From the NCBI GenBank assembly GCA_044223005.1, contig JBGAML010000001.1:320001-384000 (forward strand): a DNA stretch of 64,000 bases, given 5' to 3'. The DNA is from Candidatus Eiseniibacteriota bacterium. GTDB lineage: Bacteria > Eisenbacteria > RBG-16-71-46. This document shows positions 1-10,463 of the stretch, one piece after another (position 1 is the first letter of the stretch; every line of letters starts with the position of its first letter). The notes beneath the pieces were generated by a model, which saw nothing but the letters and a program-made list of their open reading frames with translations, did no database searches and was not told the DNA's origin. The position numbers and the translations under genes are program-made.

Positions 1-1
1 G

Positions 2-133
2 GACGAGATGTCGTACGCCGAGATCCAGGCGGAGCTCAAGCTGGGGCTCTCGGCGGTGAAGATGCGCATTGCCCGCGCGCGGCAGGAGTTCCGGCGGCGC
101 TGGGCGGAAGTGCAACCGGCGGAGCAATCATGA
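2..133 (+). CDS. ECF-type RNA polymerase sigma factor, C-terminal region 4 (partial, runs off window start)
   Basis: My translation of frame 2 gives DEMSYAEIQAELKLGLSAVKMRIARARQEFRRRW, a typical sigma region 4 HTH; stop overlaps the next ATG (ATGA). Confidence 0.85.
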   Translation, partial: DEMSYAEIQAELKLGLSAVKMRIARARQEFRRRWAEVQPAEQS

Positions 134-381
134 CGGACGACACCCTGGGCCCGATCGGTGCGACGAACGAGGCGGACGAGCGAATCCGCGAATTGGCGGA
201 GCTCCGCGAGGAGCCTTCCGCGCGCTTCGTGGGCCAGGTGATGGATGGCATCAACGCGCGGCAGACGAGCGCGCAGGCGATCGAGATGACGTGGTGGGGC
301 GCGACCAAGCTCGTGTTCGAGCTGATCGAGTCCTTCCTCGACGCGGTCGGCCTGCGGCCCAACCGCCCGAACGGAGAGTGA
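130..381 (+). CDS. small hypothetical protein coupled to ECF sigma (possible minimal anti-sigma)
   Basis: 83 aa ORF with ATGA overlap with sigma gene, host-like codon usage. Confidence 0.65.
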   Translation: MTDDTLGPIGATNEADERIRELAELREEPSARFVGQVMDGINARQTSAQAIEMTWWGATKLVFELIESFLDAVGLRPNRPNGE

Positions 382-384
382 GCC

Positions 385-1230
385 GTGACGCAGACCTTCT
401 CGATCCGTGACGCGCTGCTGCAGGTGCTGGGGCAGCTCGGGCAGGGCGCGATCAGCTTCGCACCGCGGTTCATCACCGCGCTGATCCTCGTGCTGATCGG
501 CTGGATCATCGCGGTGATCCTGCGCATGGTGCTTTCGCAGGTGTTCCAGCGCATCGGCGCCGACGCGGCGATCGAGCGCGCGGGGCTCATGGACAGCTTC
601 CGCCGGATCGGCCTGAACGAGCCGATGCGCGTGCTGGTGCCCGCGCTGCTCTTCTGGCTCGTGATGCTGCTCTTCATCCAGAGCGCGGCCGACATGGTCG
701 GCATGAAGCAGATCTCCGACGGCATCACCGGCTTCTTCGCGTTCCTGCCGAACGTGCTCTCGGCGTTCGTGATCCTGGTGCTCGGCAACGCGTTCGGCCA
801 GTTCCTGGGCAAGATCGCCACCAACTACGCGCGCGACTCGGGTCTCGCCTTCGCGCGCTCGCTCGGCAGCGCATTGTCGGGATTCACGCTGTTCGTGGTC
901 TCGATCGTGGCGCTGGGCCAGCTCCACGTGGACACGCGCATCCTCAACATCCTCACGATCGTCATCTTCTCGGGGCTGGCGCTCGCGTTCGGGCTCACGT
1001 TCGGGCTCGGCACGCGCGACACCACGCGCCACCTCGTGGCGGGCTTCTACGCGCGGCGGCACTTCGGCGCCGGCCAGCGCGTGGAGATCGCGGGCCAGTC
1101 GGGTACCCTGCGTTCGATCTCGGCGGTGCAGACGCTGCTCGACGCGAACGGCCGCACCGTGGCCGTGCCGAACGCCACGTTCCTCGACCAGGTCGTGCAC
1201 CGCGACGACGCCGTTCCGCCGACTGCCTGA
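385..1230 (+). CDS. small-conductance mechanosensitive channel family protein (TM-helix repeats + MscS beta domain)
   Basis: Multiple TM helices, ALAFGLTFGLG motif, C-terminal GQRVEIAGQSG...VPNA MscS-like domain. Confidence 0.8.
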   Translation: MTQTFSIRDALLQVLGQLGQGAISFAPRFITALILVLIGWIIAVILRMVLSQVFQRIGADAAIERAGLMDSFRRIGLNEPMRVLVPALLFWLVMLLFIQSAADMVGMKQISDGITGFFAFLPNVLSAFVILVLGNAFGQFLGKIATNYARDSGLAFARSLGSALSGFTLFVVSIVALGQLHVDTRILNILTIVIFSGLALAFGLTFGLGTRDTTRHLVAGFYARRHFGAGQRVEIAGQSGTLRSISAVQTLLDANGRTVAVPNATFLDQVVHRDDAVPPTA

Positions 1231-1279
1231 TCCCCACCGCGCGGCCCCGCGCGCGGCTTCGAATCCCACCGGAGGAACC

Positions 1280-2056
1280 ATGAACCGCATCACCCCGCTG
1301 CACCTCGCGATCGCCCTGCTGCTCGCGGCCGCCCCCGCGTTCGCGCAGGGCGTCACCGAACCCGCGCCCACCACGCAGGACTCCCTGCACGCGACCACGC
1401 CCGCGCCCGAGACGCTGCCGCCCACGGCCACGCCGGCGCCCGCGGCGCCCGTCGCGCCCGCGCCGCCGCCGCCAGTGCCCGTGCGCGCGACGCCGCAGCC
1501 GACGCGCCCGCACGTAGTGATCCCGCGCGCCGACGGCAACATCCGCGCCGAGCGCGACCAGATGAAGATCATGGCCGACGCGGCCGACGGCGACCTGCTC
1601 GCGGCCAAGCGCGCGGGCGCCGAAGCGCGCGGCGTGGTCGAGATCACCAAGCGCGACATCGACGCGATCGCAGCGCGCATCAAGGCCGCCAAGCAGGCCA
1701 AGGACGACGCGACGCGCCAGCCGCTCGAGGCCGACCGCAAGCGGCAGGAAGGCGTGCGCGATTTCTTCGAGAAGCTGGTCGACGCGCAGGACGCGGCGGC
1801 GGACGAGGCGCAGGCGCGCGGCGAGTTCGCGCGCGCGGCCGTGCGCACCGACGAGCTCGAGCTGCAGCTGGTCGGCCGCTCGGGCGTGTCGGCGTACGAC
1901 GCGGACCCGGCGCTCTTCAAGCTCGAGCAGCAGTACCTCGAGGCCCAGAAGGCCCGCGGCGCCGCCGAGGAGAAGGCCGCGAACCGCGCGCAGACGCTGT
2001 CGGACCGGCGCCTGCGGCTCTATCGCGCCTGGAGCGACTACCTGACCGGCAAGTGA
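1280..2056 (+). CDS. secreted hypothetical protein, Pro-rich linker plus coiled coil
   Basis: GGAGG RBS, signal peptide ending AFA-Q, PA-rich linker, helical charged C-terminus. Confidence 0.75.
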   Translation: MNRITPLHLAIALLLAAAPAFAQGVTEPAPTTQDSLHATTPAPETLPPTATPAPAAPVAPAPPPPVPVRATPQPTRPHVVIPRADGNIRAERDQMKIMADAADGDLLAAKRAGAEARGVVEITKRDIDAIAARIKAAKQAKDDATRQPLEADRKRQEGVRDFFEKLVDAQDAAADEAQARGEFARAAVRTDELELQLVGRSGVSAYDADPALFKLEQQYLEAQKARGAAEEKAANRAQTLSDRRLRLYRAWSDYLTGK

Positions 2057-2072
2057 GTCCCCCGCGTACGCG

Positions 2073-2113
2073 AACGGCCGCGCCCGGTGCTCCGGGCGCG
2101 GCCGTTTCGTTTC
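2073..2113. terminator. bidirectional terminator-like hairpin
   Basis: 15-bp stem AACGGCCGCGCCCGG/TGCT/CCGGGCGCGGCCGTT followed by TCGTTTC, between convergent genes. Confidence 0.75.
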
Positions 2114-2123
2114 GCGCGCGTGG

Positions 2124-4028
2124 CTACTTCAGCATCTCGCGCAGCACGATCACCAGCGGCACGGCCTTGCCGCCGCGGTTCACGGTGAGGCTCACGCGCG
2201 TGCCGTCGGGCTGGTTCTCGAGCACGTCGTCGAGCGCGATCGGATCCCACTCCCCGGCCGGCTTGCCCTGGACCGACGTCACGGTCTCGCCCTCGCGCAG
2301 TCCGGCCTTCGCCGCCGGCGAGTCCGGCAGCACCGAGATCGCGTCGATCCGGTCGGGCGACCAGCCGAGCATCAGGCCGGTGCGCGTGAAGCGGTCGCGG
2401 TCCGCGATCCGCTTGCCGGGCTCGAGCCACACGTGGCGGCCTTCGTAGTCCAGCGTCACGCGGAAGCGCTCGAGGATCCGGTTGCCGATGTTGCCCGCGA
2501 AGTCCTCGCTCGCGAACGCGCCCTCTTCGGCGCGCGCGACGGTCACCATCGGGTCGCGCCACGTCGACGCGCCCAGCGTCATGGAGCGCATGCGGCCGAG
2601 GACGCTGCTGAACGTGCCGCCGAAGCCGGCGCCGCTCACTTCGCGCGCGTCGCGCAACCGGCGCTCGAGCCCGTACCGGCGCGCGAACGGCGTGTGGATG
2701 TCGACCGTCGAGCTGCTGCCCACGTCGAGCCGGAACTGGCCCGCGTACTTGCCGTCGAGCGTCGCCTCGATCGAGGGCACCGTGCCGTTCAGCTTCATCG
2801 GCAGCGCCGGGGCCCGGCCGTCGTAGCGGAACGTCTTCGGGTCGTGCAGCACGAGCCTGCCCGAGTCGTAGTCGATCGTGACGACGAAGCGGCTGATCAC
2901 GTCGTAGCCGAGGATGCCCGCGAAGTTGCGCCAGAAGTAGCGCGAGAACATGGGCGTCACGGTCAGCACGCCGACGCGCAGGTCGTGCACCTCGATGCCG
3001 TCGCCGTCGGGCCCCTTCACCGCCAGCGAGGGCAGCGTCGCGAACGAGATGCTGCCGGACGCGCCGGCGCCCGCCGCCTGCATCATGCCCTGGACCTGGA
3101 TGCCGTGCTGGGCGGCCCAGGAGCTGTCGAGCACGGTGACACTCGCGCCGGTGTCGAACAGGAAGTCCTCCTCGCGCCCGCCGTCGATCGACGCTCGCAG
3201 CCAGACGTGGCGCGCGCGGTAGTCGAACGGCAGCGTCGCGACGCCTTCGGTGCGGAGCCAGTGGAGCGCGTTGACGTGCGTGGTGTCGGGCATCGCGAAC
3301 GCCACGCGCGAGACGTCGATGTTGATCGCGAACGAGTCGGTCACCGTCTTCATCTGGTTCATGGGCATGCTCGGGATGCGCGTCGTGGTCGTGTACGCGC
3401 GCATGCGCCCGCCCGAGCGGCGGTAGTCCGAGAGTTCCGTGATGACGAACGACTGGTCGCGCGGCGTCTCCTCGCGCGCGAGCAGGCCGGTCGCGTCGGC
3501 GAACCACAGCCGCCGCGGCTTCGCGTCGCTCTGCCCCGGCGCCGTGATCGCGAGCACGGTGTAGGTGCCGCTCGAGTCTCGCTCGTGACCGGCGACGGTC
3601 GCGCGGCCGCCCGAGAGCCCGGGCTCCGACCAGCGCTCCATCGAGAACCAGGTCGAGATCTGCGCGTCGAGCGAATCCCGGTCGGTCAGCTTCACGAGCC
3701 GCCCGGTGGTGGGATCCGTGCGCCAGCTCGTGGCGCCGTCGACGCCCTCGGCGAGATTGAACGGGCCGAGTTCGGTGCGGCTGTACTGGCGGTCGGGGCG
3801 CGCGCTCCACGACTCGATCGTGCCGTTGAACCCGAACGCTTCGAGACGTCCGTGCATGTAGAGCGTCTGCTCGGCGGCGCTGGCGGCGGCGCCGCCGGTC
3901 GCGTCGAGGTAGCGCGCGATCACCTTGGCGGCCTCGGGGGTCGCCTGCGCGCGGGCCGCGCGGGCGGAAACGAGCGACGCGAGGGCCGCGAGCACGAGCA
4001 GCAGCGTCCGTGAGGTGCGAACGATCAT
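2124..4028 (-). CDS. secreted aspartyl protease (two retropepsin-like domains) with C-terminal PDZ domain
   Basis: Signal peptide; FLFDTGAS and FRLDVGSS motifs; GILGYD/GNIGNRIL; PDZ motif VLPDSPAAKAGLREGE. Confidence 0.85.
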   Translation of the reverse strand: MIVRTSRTLLLVLAALASLVSARAARAQATPEAAKVIARYLDATGGAAASAAEQTLYMHGRLEAFGFNGTIESWSARPDRQYSRTELGPFNLAEGVDGATSWRTDPTTGRLVKLTDRDSLDAQISTWFSMERWSEPGLSGGRATVAGHERDSSGTYTVLAITAPGQSDAKPRRLWFADATGLLAREETPRDQSFVITELSDYRRSGGRMRAYTTTTRIPSMPMNQMKTVTDSFAINIDVSRVAFAMPDTTHVNALHWLRTEGVATLPFDYRARHVWLRASIDGGREEDFLFDTGASVTVLDSSWAAQHGIQVQGMMQAAGAGASGSISFATLPSLAVKGPDGDGIEVHDLRVGVLTVTPMFSRYFWRNFAGILGYDVISRFVVTIDYDSGRLVLHDPKTFRYDGRAPALPMKLNGTVPSIEATLDGKYAGQFRLDVGSSSTVDIHTPFARRYGLERRLRDAREVSGAGFGGTFSSVLGRMRSMTLGASTWRDPMVTVARAEEGAFASEDFAGNIGNRILERFRVTLDYEGRHVWLEPGKRIADRDRFTRTGLMLGWSPDRIDAISVLPDSPAAKAGLREGETVTSVQGKPAGEWDPIALDDVLENQPDGTRVSLTVNRGGKAVPLVIVLREMLK

Positions 4029-4277
4029 GGTGCGGTTCGATCTCCGTGGGTCATGGGGGGAGATCCCCGGCGGGACTCGGGCGCCGCCGGGACCGGCGGG
4101 CCTTCACGGGGTGTCATCGGCAGGAGCCTAACCGATCCTGCGCTCGCGCCAAGCGCGCCGGGCGGTTTCCCGGCCGCGTTCGACACGTGGCGGCCGCCGC
4201 GGGGCGTTGCGCCGCGTGGCGGCCGCGTGCTAGTGCTGGGGCCTCGCCCCGCTTCCCGGGCATCGAAAGGAGATCGC

Positions 4278-4763
4278 ATGATCCGTCGTACCCTCGGCGC
4301 CCTGCTCCTCGCCGGATTCCTTCCGTGCGCCGCGCACGCCGCCGGCACCTTCGCGACGTTCGGCCCCCACCTGGGCTTCTCGACCGACCCGAACCAGGTC
4401 GTGTTCGGAGGCCAGCTGCAGATGGTGGATGTGGCCCCGGACCTCGACTTCGTGCCCGGAGTGGACGTGGGCCTCGGCGACCACGCGACGCTGGTCTCGT
4501 TGAACGGCGACTTCCACTACCGGCTCAAGATCCAGGGCGCGACCTGGCAGCCCTACGTGGGCGCGGGACTCGCGGTGCACTTCTTCTCGTGGGACTCGGG
4601 CTTCGGCCCGCACGGCAACGACACGGTCGGCGGCGGCAGCCTGATCTTCGGCGCCGACGTGCCCACCAAGACGGGCTCGCGTTTCTTCGCCGAAGGCAAG
4701 CTCGCACTGGGCGACGGCCCGTCGTTCAAGGCGCTCGCGGGCTGGCACTTCCGCATGCGCTGA
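4278..4763 (+). CDS. small outer-membrane beta-barrel protein
   Basis: Start MIRRTLG after AAGGAG; signal peptide; QPYVGAGLAVHF strand; ends GWHFRMR. Confidence 0.75.
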   Translation: MIRRTLGALLLAGFLPCAAHAAGTFATFGPHLGFSTDPNQVVFGGQLQMVDVAPDLDFVPGVDVGLGDHATLVSLNGDFHYRLKIQGATWQPYVGAGLAVHFFSWDSGFGPHGNDTVGGGSLIFGADVPTKTGSRFFAEGKLALGDGPSFKALAGWHFRMR

Positions 4764-4785
4764 CGACGCATCGCTGCGAAACACG

Positions 4786-4825
4786 CGAACGCCGGGGTGG
4801 ATGATCCGCCCCGGCGTTCGTGCGT
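4786..4825. terminator. bidirectional terminator-like hairpin
   Basis: Stem CGAACGCCGGGGTGGA/TGA/TCCGCCCCGGCGTTCG between convergent genes. Confidence 0.7.
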
Positions 4826-4836
4826 CGGGTGCGCCG

Positions 4837-6693
4837 CTACAGCCCCTGCGCGGCCGCCTCCAGCCGTTTCGCGAAATCGTTCGCGGGGACGAAGCCTTCC
4901 ACGCGCTGGTCGCGCGCCTCGACGCCGCCACGCCCGAGGAAGATCACCGTCGGCACGCCGTGCACGGCGTACTTCGCGGACGCGGGCGGGTCGCCGTGCG
5001 TGACGTCGACCTTGTAGGCGTCGAAGCGCTTCGCGGCCGCGACCACGGCCTTGTCCGGGAAGACCTTGAGCTCGAGCTCGTGGCAGGGCACGCACCAGTC
5101 GGCGGCGAAGTCGATCATGACACCGCGCCCAGCGGCGAGGCTCGCGGCGACGGCCTGCTCGTCGTAGGGCTTGAACGCGATCGAGCGCGCCGCGGCCGAG
5201 GTGATCTGCAGCGCCAGCGCCACGCCGGCGACCACGCCGAGCGCACCGAGCACGGCCTTGAACGCGCGGAAGCGCTTCATGGCGTTGCCGCTCTTTTCCA
5301 TGAAGCCCAAGTAGAGCCCGCCCAGCACCAGCGCGGTGGGCACGATCCACGGCGCCTGCTTGGGCAGCACGCCGATCAGCGCGTACGAGAGCCCGATGGT
5401 GGCGAGCAGCACGCCGAAGAGCTTCTTCACCCAGTCCATCCACTCGCCCGCGCGGGGCATGCTGCCGAGCAGGTTGGAGAACGTGGCGAGCACGAGGTAC
5501 GGGAAGCCCAGGCCGAGCGAAAGCGTGACCATGGTCTGCACGCCGAACGCGACGCTGCCGCGCTGCGCGATCAGCGCGAGGACGCCGAGCACGAACGGGC
5601 CCACGCACGGCGCCGCGATCACGCCGACCGCGAGACCGGACACGAAGAGCCCGGCGAGCGAGCCGGTATTGGCACCGCCGGCGCGGTCCAGCAGCCACGT
5701 GGGCGCCTGGATCTCGTAGAAGCCGAACATCGAGAGCGACAGCACCACGAGCAGCAGGCCCAGCACGACGTTGACGAGCGGGTTCTGGAGCGCGGCGCCG
5801 AAGAGCCCGCCGGTCAGCGCAGCCACGACGCCGAGCGCGGTGTACGTGACCACGATCCCGAGCACGTAGACGACCGCGTTCACCATCGCGCGCGGCGTGG
5901 TCTCGGTCTTGCGCGCGCCGAAGATGGACACGGTGATGCCGAGCATCGGGAACACGCACGGCGTGAGGTTCAGGGCGAGGCCACCGAGGAAGAGCGCGAT
6001 CAGCCACCACACCCAGCCCTTGGCGAGCGATTCCTCGAGCTTCTGTTGCGCGGCCGAGCGCACGGGGGCGTTCCCGGCGGGCGGCGCGGTCATGAAGCCG
6101 GAGCCGGCGGGCGCGGCCGCGGTCGTGTCGAGCGCCGGCGCCACGGCCGTCGTGGACTCGGCTGGTGCGCCGGCGGGCGGTGCGGCACCCGCCGCGACGC
6201 CGCCTTCGACGGTGACCTCGACCGTGAACGGGACCGCCGTCGGCGCGAGGCACAGCTGGTCGTTGCAGGCCTGGAAGTCGACCTTGCCCTTCAGAATGTG
6301 CTCGCCGTTCACGGCGTCGCTCGCGGCGGTGAGCGCCACGGGCACGTCGAACGTGCCGTCGTAGACCGTCATCGCCTGCTCGTCGCTGGCGAACTTCACG
6401 GCGCGGCCGGCGGGGTACTTGGGCTTGCCGCCCGTCACGCCCGCGGCACCGGCGATCGAGACCTTGGTCGGGATGTTGTAGTCGAGCGACGGCGGGTTCG
6501 AGTAGATGTGCCACCCGGCGAGCACCGTGACGTGGACGACCACCTGCGCGCTGCCGCCAGCGTGGATCGTCACGGCGTCGGCCGTGGCGTGCACCAGCGT
6601 GTTCGCCGGAGGCGGCGCCTGCGCCATCGACGCGGGAACCCATGCGGCCACGACCAGCAGGGCCGCGACCACCCATCCGAGCACTTGTTTCAT
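4837..6693 (-). CDS. dsbD: thiol:disulfide interchange protein DsbD family
   Basis: N-terminal [10 protein letters not shown] domain LTPCVFP and AAPCVGP, C-terminal thioredoxin ADWCVPC; start overlaps upstream stop. Confidence 0.9.
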   Translation of the reverse strand: MKQVLGWVVAALLVVAAWVPASMAQAPPPANTLVHATADAVTIHAGGSAQVVVHVTVLAGWHIYSNPPSLDYNIPTKVSIAGAAGVTGGKPKYPAGRAVKFASDEQAMTVYDGTFDVPVALTAASDAVNGEHILKGKVDFQACNDQLCLAPTAVPFTVEVTVEGGVAAGAAPPAGAPAESTTAVAPALDTTAAAPAGSGFMTAPPAGNAPVRSAAQQKLEESLAKGWVWWLIALFLGGLALNLTPCVFPMLGITVSIFGARKTETTPRAMVNAVVYVLGIVVTYTALGVVAALTGGLFGAALQNPLVNVVLGLLLVVLSLSMFGFYEIQAPTWLLDRAGGANTGSLAGLFVSGLAVGVIAAPCVGPFVLGVLALIAQRGSVAFGVQTMVTLSLGLGFPYLVLATFSNLLGSMPRAGEWMDWVKKLFGVLLATIGLSYALIGVLPKQAPWIVPTALVLGGLYLGFMEKSGNAMKRFRAFKAVLGALGVVAGVALALQITSAAARSIAFKPYDEQAVAASLAAGRGVMIDFAADWCVPCHELELKVFPDKAVVAAAKRFDAYKVDVTHGDPPASAKYAVHGVPTVIFLGRGGVEARDQRVEGFVPANDFAKRLEAAAQGL

Positions 6694-8807
6694 GCGGTCT
6701 CCGTGCGCGCGCCCGTGGCGCGCGGGGATTCGGCCAACAGCTTCGCCAGCGCCTCCGGCTCCGTCACCGGCAGCCGGCAGGCGTGATCCACACAGACGTA
6801 CGCGGCGGGCCGCCCGTCGATCGGGCCCAGTCCCGCCTCGAACGGCGCCAGTCGCGCGAGGTCCGCGCGCGCGGCGTCGTCCACCACCAGCACTTCGTCG
6901 AACGGGCGAAAGTCCCGCTGCGTCACCGCGAGCAGCGCGTCGCGCTCCGCGGACGGCTCGCCCGCGATCACCACCTGCCGCACGACGTGCGCCGCGCGGT
7001 CCATCGCCACCAGCATCATCGGCATGGCCCACGGGCCGCCCGCGAGCCGGCGCGCATGGTAATCGAGGGTGCGGCGCGCCTTCACCTGCCAGTCATCTCT
7101 CGGTAGGAGCGCCGAGAGCCGGACGAGGTTCAGCGCCGCGAGCGAGTTGCCCGCCAGCTCGGCGCCGTCGAAGCCGTCCTTCATGCGCACGCGCACCGAC
7201 GCATCGCCGGCCGGGCTCTCGAAGAACGCGCCGTCGGCCTCGTCCCAGAAGCGTTCGCACTGCGTCTCGGTGAGTTGGGCGGCACGCGCGAGCCAGCGCA
7301 CCTCGTGCGTCGCGTCCCACAGCGCCAGCAGGCCGTGCGCGAGGTAGGCGTGGTCGTCGAGCTGGCCCTCGCCCGCCGCCTCGCCGTCGCGCCAGCGCCG
7401 CCGCAGCGCGCCCGTGGCCGGGTCCCGCAGCGTGTCCCACGCGAAGTCCGCGGCGCGGGCCGCGGCCTGCGCCCACGCGGGCTCGTCCAGCGCGCGCGCG
7501 CCGCGCGCGAGCGCGGCGATCATGAGCCCGTTCCACGCCACGATCACCTTGTCGTCGCGCAGCGGCCGCGGCCGCTGCGAGCGCGCGGCGAGCAGTGCGG
7601 CGCGGGCCGCCTCGAGCGAGCGCGCCGCGTCGGCCTCGGCGAGGCCGAGGGCGCGCGCCGTGGCCGCGAGGGGCGCGCGCTCGTGCAGGATGCTCGTGCC
7701 GTGCTCGAAGTTGCCCTGCGGCGTCACGCCCCAGTGACGCGCGGCGAGCGCGGCTTGATCGGCTGGCAGCACCTCGGCGAGCTGCGCGGGCGTCCACGTG
7801 TAGAAGCGGCCCTCCTCGCCCTCGCTGTCGGCGTCCTCGGCCGACGCGAAGCCGCCGCCCGGCAGCGCGAGGTCGCGCAGCACGTAGCCGAACAGCGCGC
7901 GCAGCGTGCCCGCGTAGGCGGGGTCGCGCGTCGACTCCCAGCCGTCCAGGAAGTTGTCCGCGATCAGCGCCTGGTCGTAGAGCATCTTCTCGAAGTGGGG
8001 CACGAGCCATTCGCGATCGGTCGCGTAGCGGTGAAAGCCGCCGCCCGCGTGATCGTGGATGCCGCCCGCCTGCATGGCGTCGAGCTGGCGCAGCGCCATC
8101 GCGCGCGCCTCCTCGCGGCCTTCCGGGTCGCGCGCCCACCACCGAAAGAGGAACGCGAGGTTGCCCGGCGAGGGGAACTTGGGCGCGCTGCCGAAGCCGC
8201 CCTCGTCGGGGTCGTACGCGCGCGCGAGCCACGCGGCGCAGCCCGCGGCGAGTTCGTCGGCGGGCTCGGCGTCGGCCTCGGGCGCCGACAGCGTGCCGAG
8301 CAGCGCGAGCACGCGCTGGCCGCTCTCGACGATCGCCGCGCGCTGTTCGTGCCATGCGGCGTGCACGCGCGGCAGCAGCTCCATCATGCCCGGGCGCGCG
8401 CCACGGCCCGTGGGCGGGAAGTACGTGCCGCCGAAGAAAGGCTCGAGGTCCGGCGTGAGAAAGACGTTGAGCGGCCAGCCGCCGCCCACGCCCAGCGCCT
8501 GCGCCGAAGTCATGTAGAGCCGGTCGACATCGGGACGCTCCTCGCGATCCACCTTCACCGGCACGAAGTAGTCGTTGAGCAGCGCCGCCACGTCCGGGTT
8601 CTCGAACGACTCGCGCTCCATCACGTGACACCAGTGGCACGTCGAGTAGCCGATCGAGAGAAAGATGGGGCGGTCGAGCTCCCGCGCCCGCGCGAACGCT
8701 TCCTCGCCCCATGGAAACCAATCCACGGGGTTGCGGGCGTGCTGCAGCAGGTAGGGACTCTTCTCGCGCGCGAGGCGATTGGCCGGCCGGGGATCGTCGG
8801 GGAGCAT
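6690..8807 (-). CDS. thioredoxin domain-containing protein, YyaL/SSP411 (DUF255) family
   Basis: [61 protein letters not shown]. Confidence 0.92.
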   Translation of the reverse strand: MLPDDPRPANRLAREKSPYLLQHARNPVDWFPWGEEAFARARELDRPIFLSIGYSTCHWCHVMERESFENPDVAALLNDYFVPVKVDREERPDVDRLYMTSAQALGVGGGWPLNVFLTPDLEPFFGGTYFPPTGRGARPGMMELLPRVHAAWHEQRAAIVESGQRVLALLGTLSAPEADAEPADELAAGCAAWLARAYDPDEGGFGSAPKFPSPGNLAFLFRWWARDPEGREEARAMALRQLDAMQAGGIHDHAGGGFHRYATDREWLVPHFEKMLYDQALIADNFLDGWESTRDPAYAGTLRALFGYVLRDLALPGGGFASAEDADSEGEEGRFYTWTPAQLAEVLPADQAALAARHWGVTPQGNFEHGTSILHERAPLAATARALGLAEADAARSLEAARAALLAARSQRPRPLRDDKVIVAWNGLMIAALARGARALDEPAWAQAAARAADFAWDTLRDPATGALRRRWRDGEAAGEGQLDDHAYLAHGLLALWDATHEVRWLARAAQLTETQCERFWDEADGAFFESPAGDASVRVRMKDGFDGAELAGNSLAALNLVRLSALLPRDDWQVKARRTLDYHARRLAGGPWAMPMMLVAMDRAAHVVRQVVIAGEPSAERDALLAVTQRDFRPFDEVLVVDDAARADLARLAPFEAGLGPIDGRPAAYVCVDHACRLPVTEPEALAKLLAESPRATGARTETA

Positions 8808-8923
8808 GGCGTACGAGGTTACCCCGCAACGCCGGAATCCGTGACGAGCAGGTGTCAAATCCGGCACACTGGCGCCGGCGGAGCGGCCCCGCCGGTGGAC
8901 CCCGGGCCGCAGCCGGAGGTGGC

Positions 8924-9187
8924 GTGCACTACATGGTCATCGAGCGATACCGAAACGGCGATCCGCAACCGGTCTACCAGCGCTTCCGCGAGCGCGGGCG
9001 CATGATGCCCGACGGGCTCGAGTACGTGGGGAGCTGGGTGACGCGCGACCGCGCGACGTGCTGGCAGGTGATGCGCTGCGACGATCCGGCCCGGCTCGCG
9101 GAATGGACCGCGCGCTGGGAGGACCTCGTCGAGTTCGAGATCGTGCCGGTGCTGACGTCGGCGGAAGCGTCCGAGGCCACCCCATGA
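8924..9187 (+). CDS. DUF3303-like small protein
   Basis: GGAGG RBS before GTG; YMVIERY...[10 protein letters not shown]...[12 protein letters not shown] pattern. Confidence 0.7.
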   Translation: MHYMVIERYRNGDPQPVYQRFRERGRMMPDGLEYVGSWVTRDRATCWQVMRCDDPARLAEWTARWEDLVEFEIVPVLTSAEASEATP

Positions 9188-9546
9188 GCGGCGAGACTTA
9201 CGCGAAGCTGCTCGCCGTGGTGCGGCGCATCCCGCGCGGCAAGGTGGCGACCTACGGCCAGGTGGCGACGATCGCCGGCATGCCGCACGCGCCGCGGCTC
9301 ACGGGCTACGCGCTGCACGCACTGCCCGAGGGCTCGCCGGTCCCGTGGCACCGCGTGGTCGCGGCGGGCGGCCGGCTGACGCTGGGCAAGCTCTCCCCCA
9401 GCGGCGCGATCACGCAGCGGCTGCGGCTCGAGAAGGAAGGCGTGGCGTTCGACGCGCGCGGCTGCGCGAAGCTGGACGCGCACCGCTGGAGCGAGGGGCT
9501 CGGGAAGACGCCGCGGCGCACGACGCGCCGCATGCGGGCGCGCTGA
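9184..9546 (+). CDS. alkyltransferase-like protein (ATL/YbaZ, MGMT family)
   Basis: IPRGKVATYGQVA and PWHRV (Trp replaces the catalytic Cys); ATGA overlap. Confidence 0.88.
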   Translation: MSGETYAKLLAVVRRIPRGKVATYGQVATIAGMPHAPRLTGYALHALPEGSPVPWHRVVAAGGRLTLGKLSPSGAITQRLRLEKEGVAFDARGCAKLDAHRWSEGLGKTPRRTTRRMRAR

Positions 9547-9555
9547 GGGGCCGGG

Positions 9556-10431
9556 CTACTCCGGGACCGCCCCGCGCGAGGGCGCGCGCAGCACGCCCGA
9601 GACCAGCACGCCACCCGCGATCACGAGCGCGGCGCCGCCGGCCTGCATCCACGTGGGCACGTGGCGAAACAGCACGGCCTCGAGCAGGTACGTGAACAGC
9701 ACGCCCGAGTACGTGAGCGCGGCGATGCGCGCCGCCGGCGCGTGCGCGTACGCGCGGCTGACCGCGACCTGCCCGAAGCCGCCGGAGATCGCGCTCGCCG
9801 CCAGCGGCAGGTACGCGGCGGCGTGCACGGGACGCATGGACGGCAGCGCGATCGCCAGGTGGATCGCCCCCGCGACGAGCGAGACGTGCAGGGCGATCGC
9901 CTCGCTCGATTCGTGGCCCGAGAGCCGCCGCAGGCGCAGCAGCGCGAACGCGTAGCTCAGGGCGCCGAGCAGCACGAAGAGCGCGGTCGGGTTGTTCCAC
10001 GCGATGCCGGCCTGCATCAGCACGGCGACGCCGAGGAATCCGACGCCGATGCCCATCCACGTCGCGCCGCTCACGCGCTCGCGCAGCAGCGGACCCGAGG
10101 CGAGCGCCACCCAGAGCGGGGCGGTCGCGTAGAGCACGGTCGCGTCGCCGACGGCGATGTGCTTCGTGCCCAGGGCGTGGAAGAGGCTCACGCCGCCGGC
10201 CGCGCCGAACAACGAGCGCAGCCACGCGTTCTTCTGGTCGCCTACGCGGAGCGAGGCGCCACGCGCCCGGGCCGCGATCACGGCGACCAGCGCGCCGCCG
10301 AAGAAACGCGCCGCGGCGATCTCTGCCCAGGGCAGGTCGCCCGCGCCGGCTCGCGCGGACACGCGCATCACGGCGTAGCAGACCTCCGAGACGAGCAGCC
10401 AGAAGACGCCGCGGCGCAGGTTGGGGGACAC
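9556..10431 (-). CDS. DMT/EamA family transporter
   Basis: About 10 TM helices, LLRERVS loop, two EamA halves; GTG start inferred. Confidence 0.85.
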   Translation of the reverse strand: MSPNLRRGVFWLLVSEVCYAVMRVSARAGAGDLPWAEIAAARFFGGALVAVIAARARGASLRVGDQKNAWLRSLFGAAGGVSLFHALGTKHIAVGDATVLYATAPLWVALASGPLLRERVSGATWMGIGVGFLGVAVLMQAGIAWNNPTALFVLLGALSYAFALLRLRRLSGHESSEAIALHVSLVAGAIHLAIALPSMRPVHAAAYLPLAASAISGGFGQVAVSRAYAHAPAARIAALTYSGVLFTYLLEAVLFRHVPTWMQAGGAALVIAGGVLVSGVLRAPSRGAVPE

Positions 10432-10463
10432 GCGCGCGTTCCTCGTCCGGGCCGTCGCGGGCG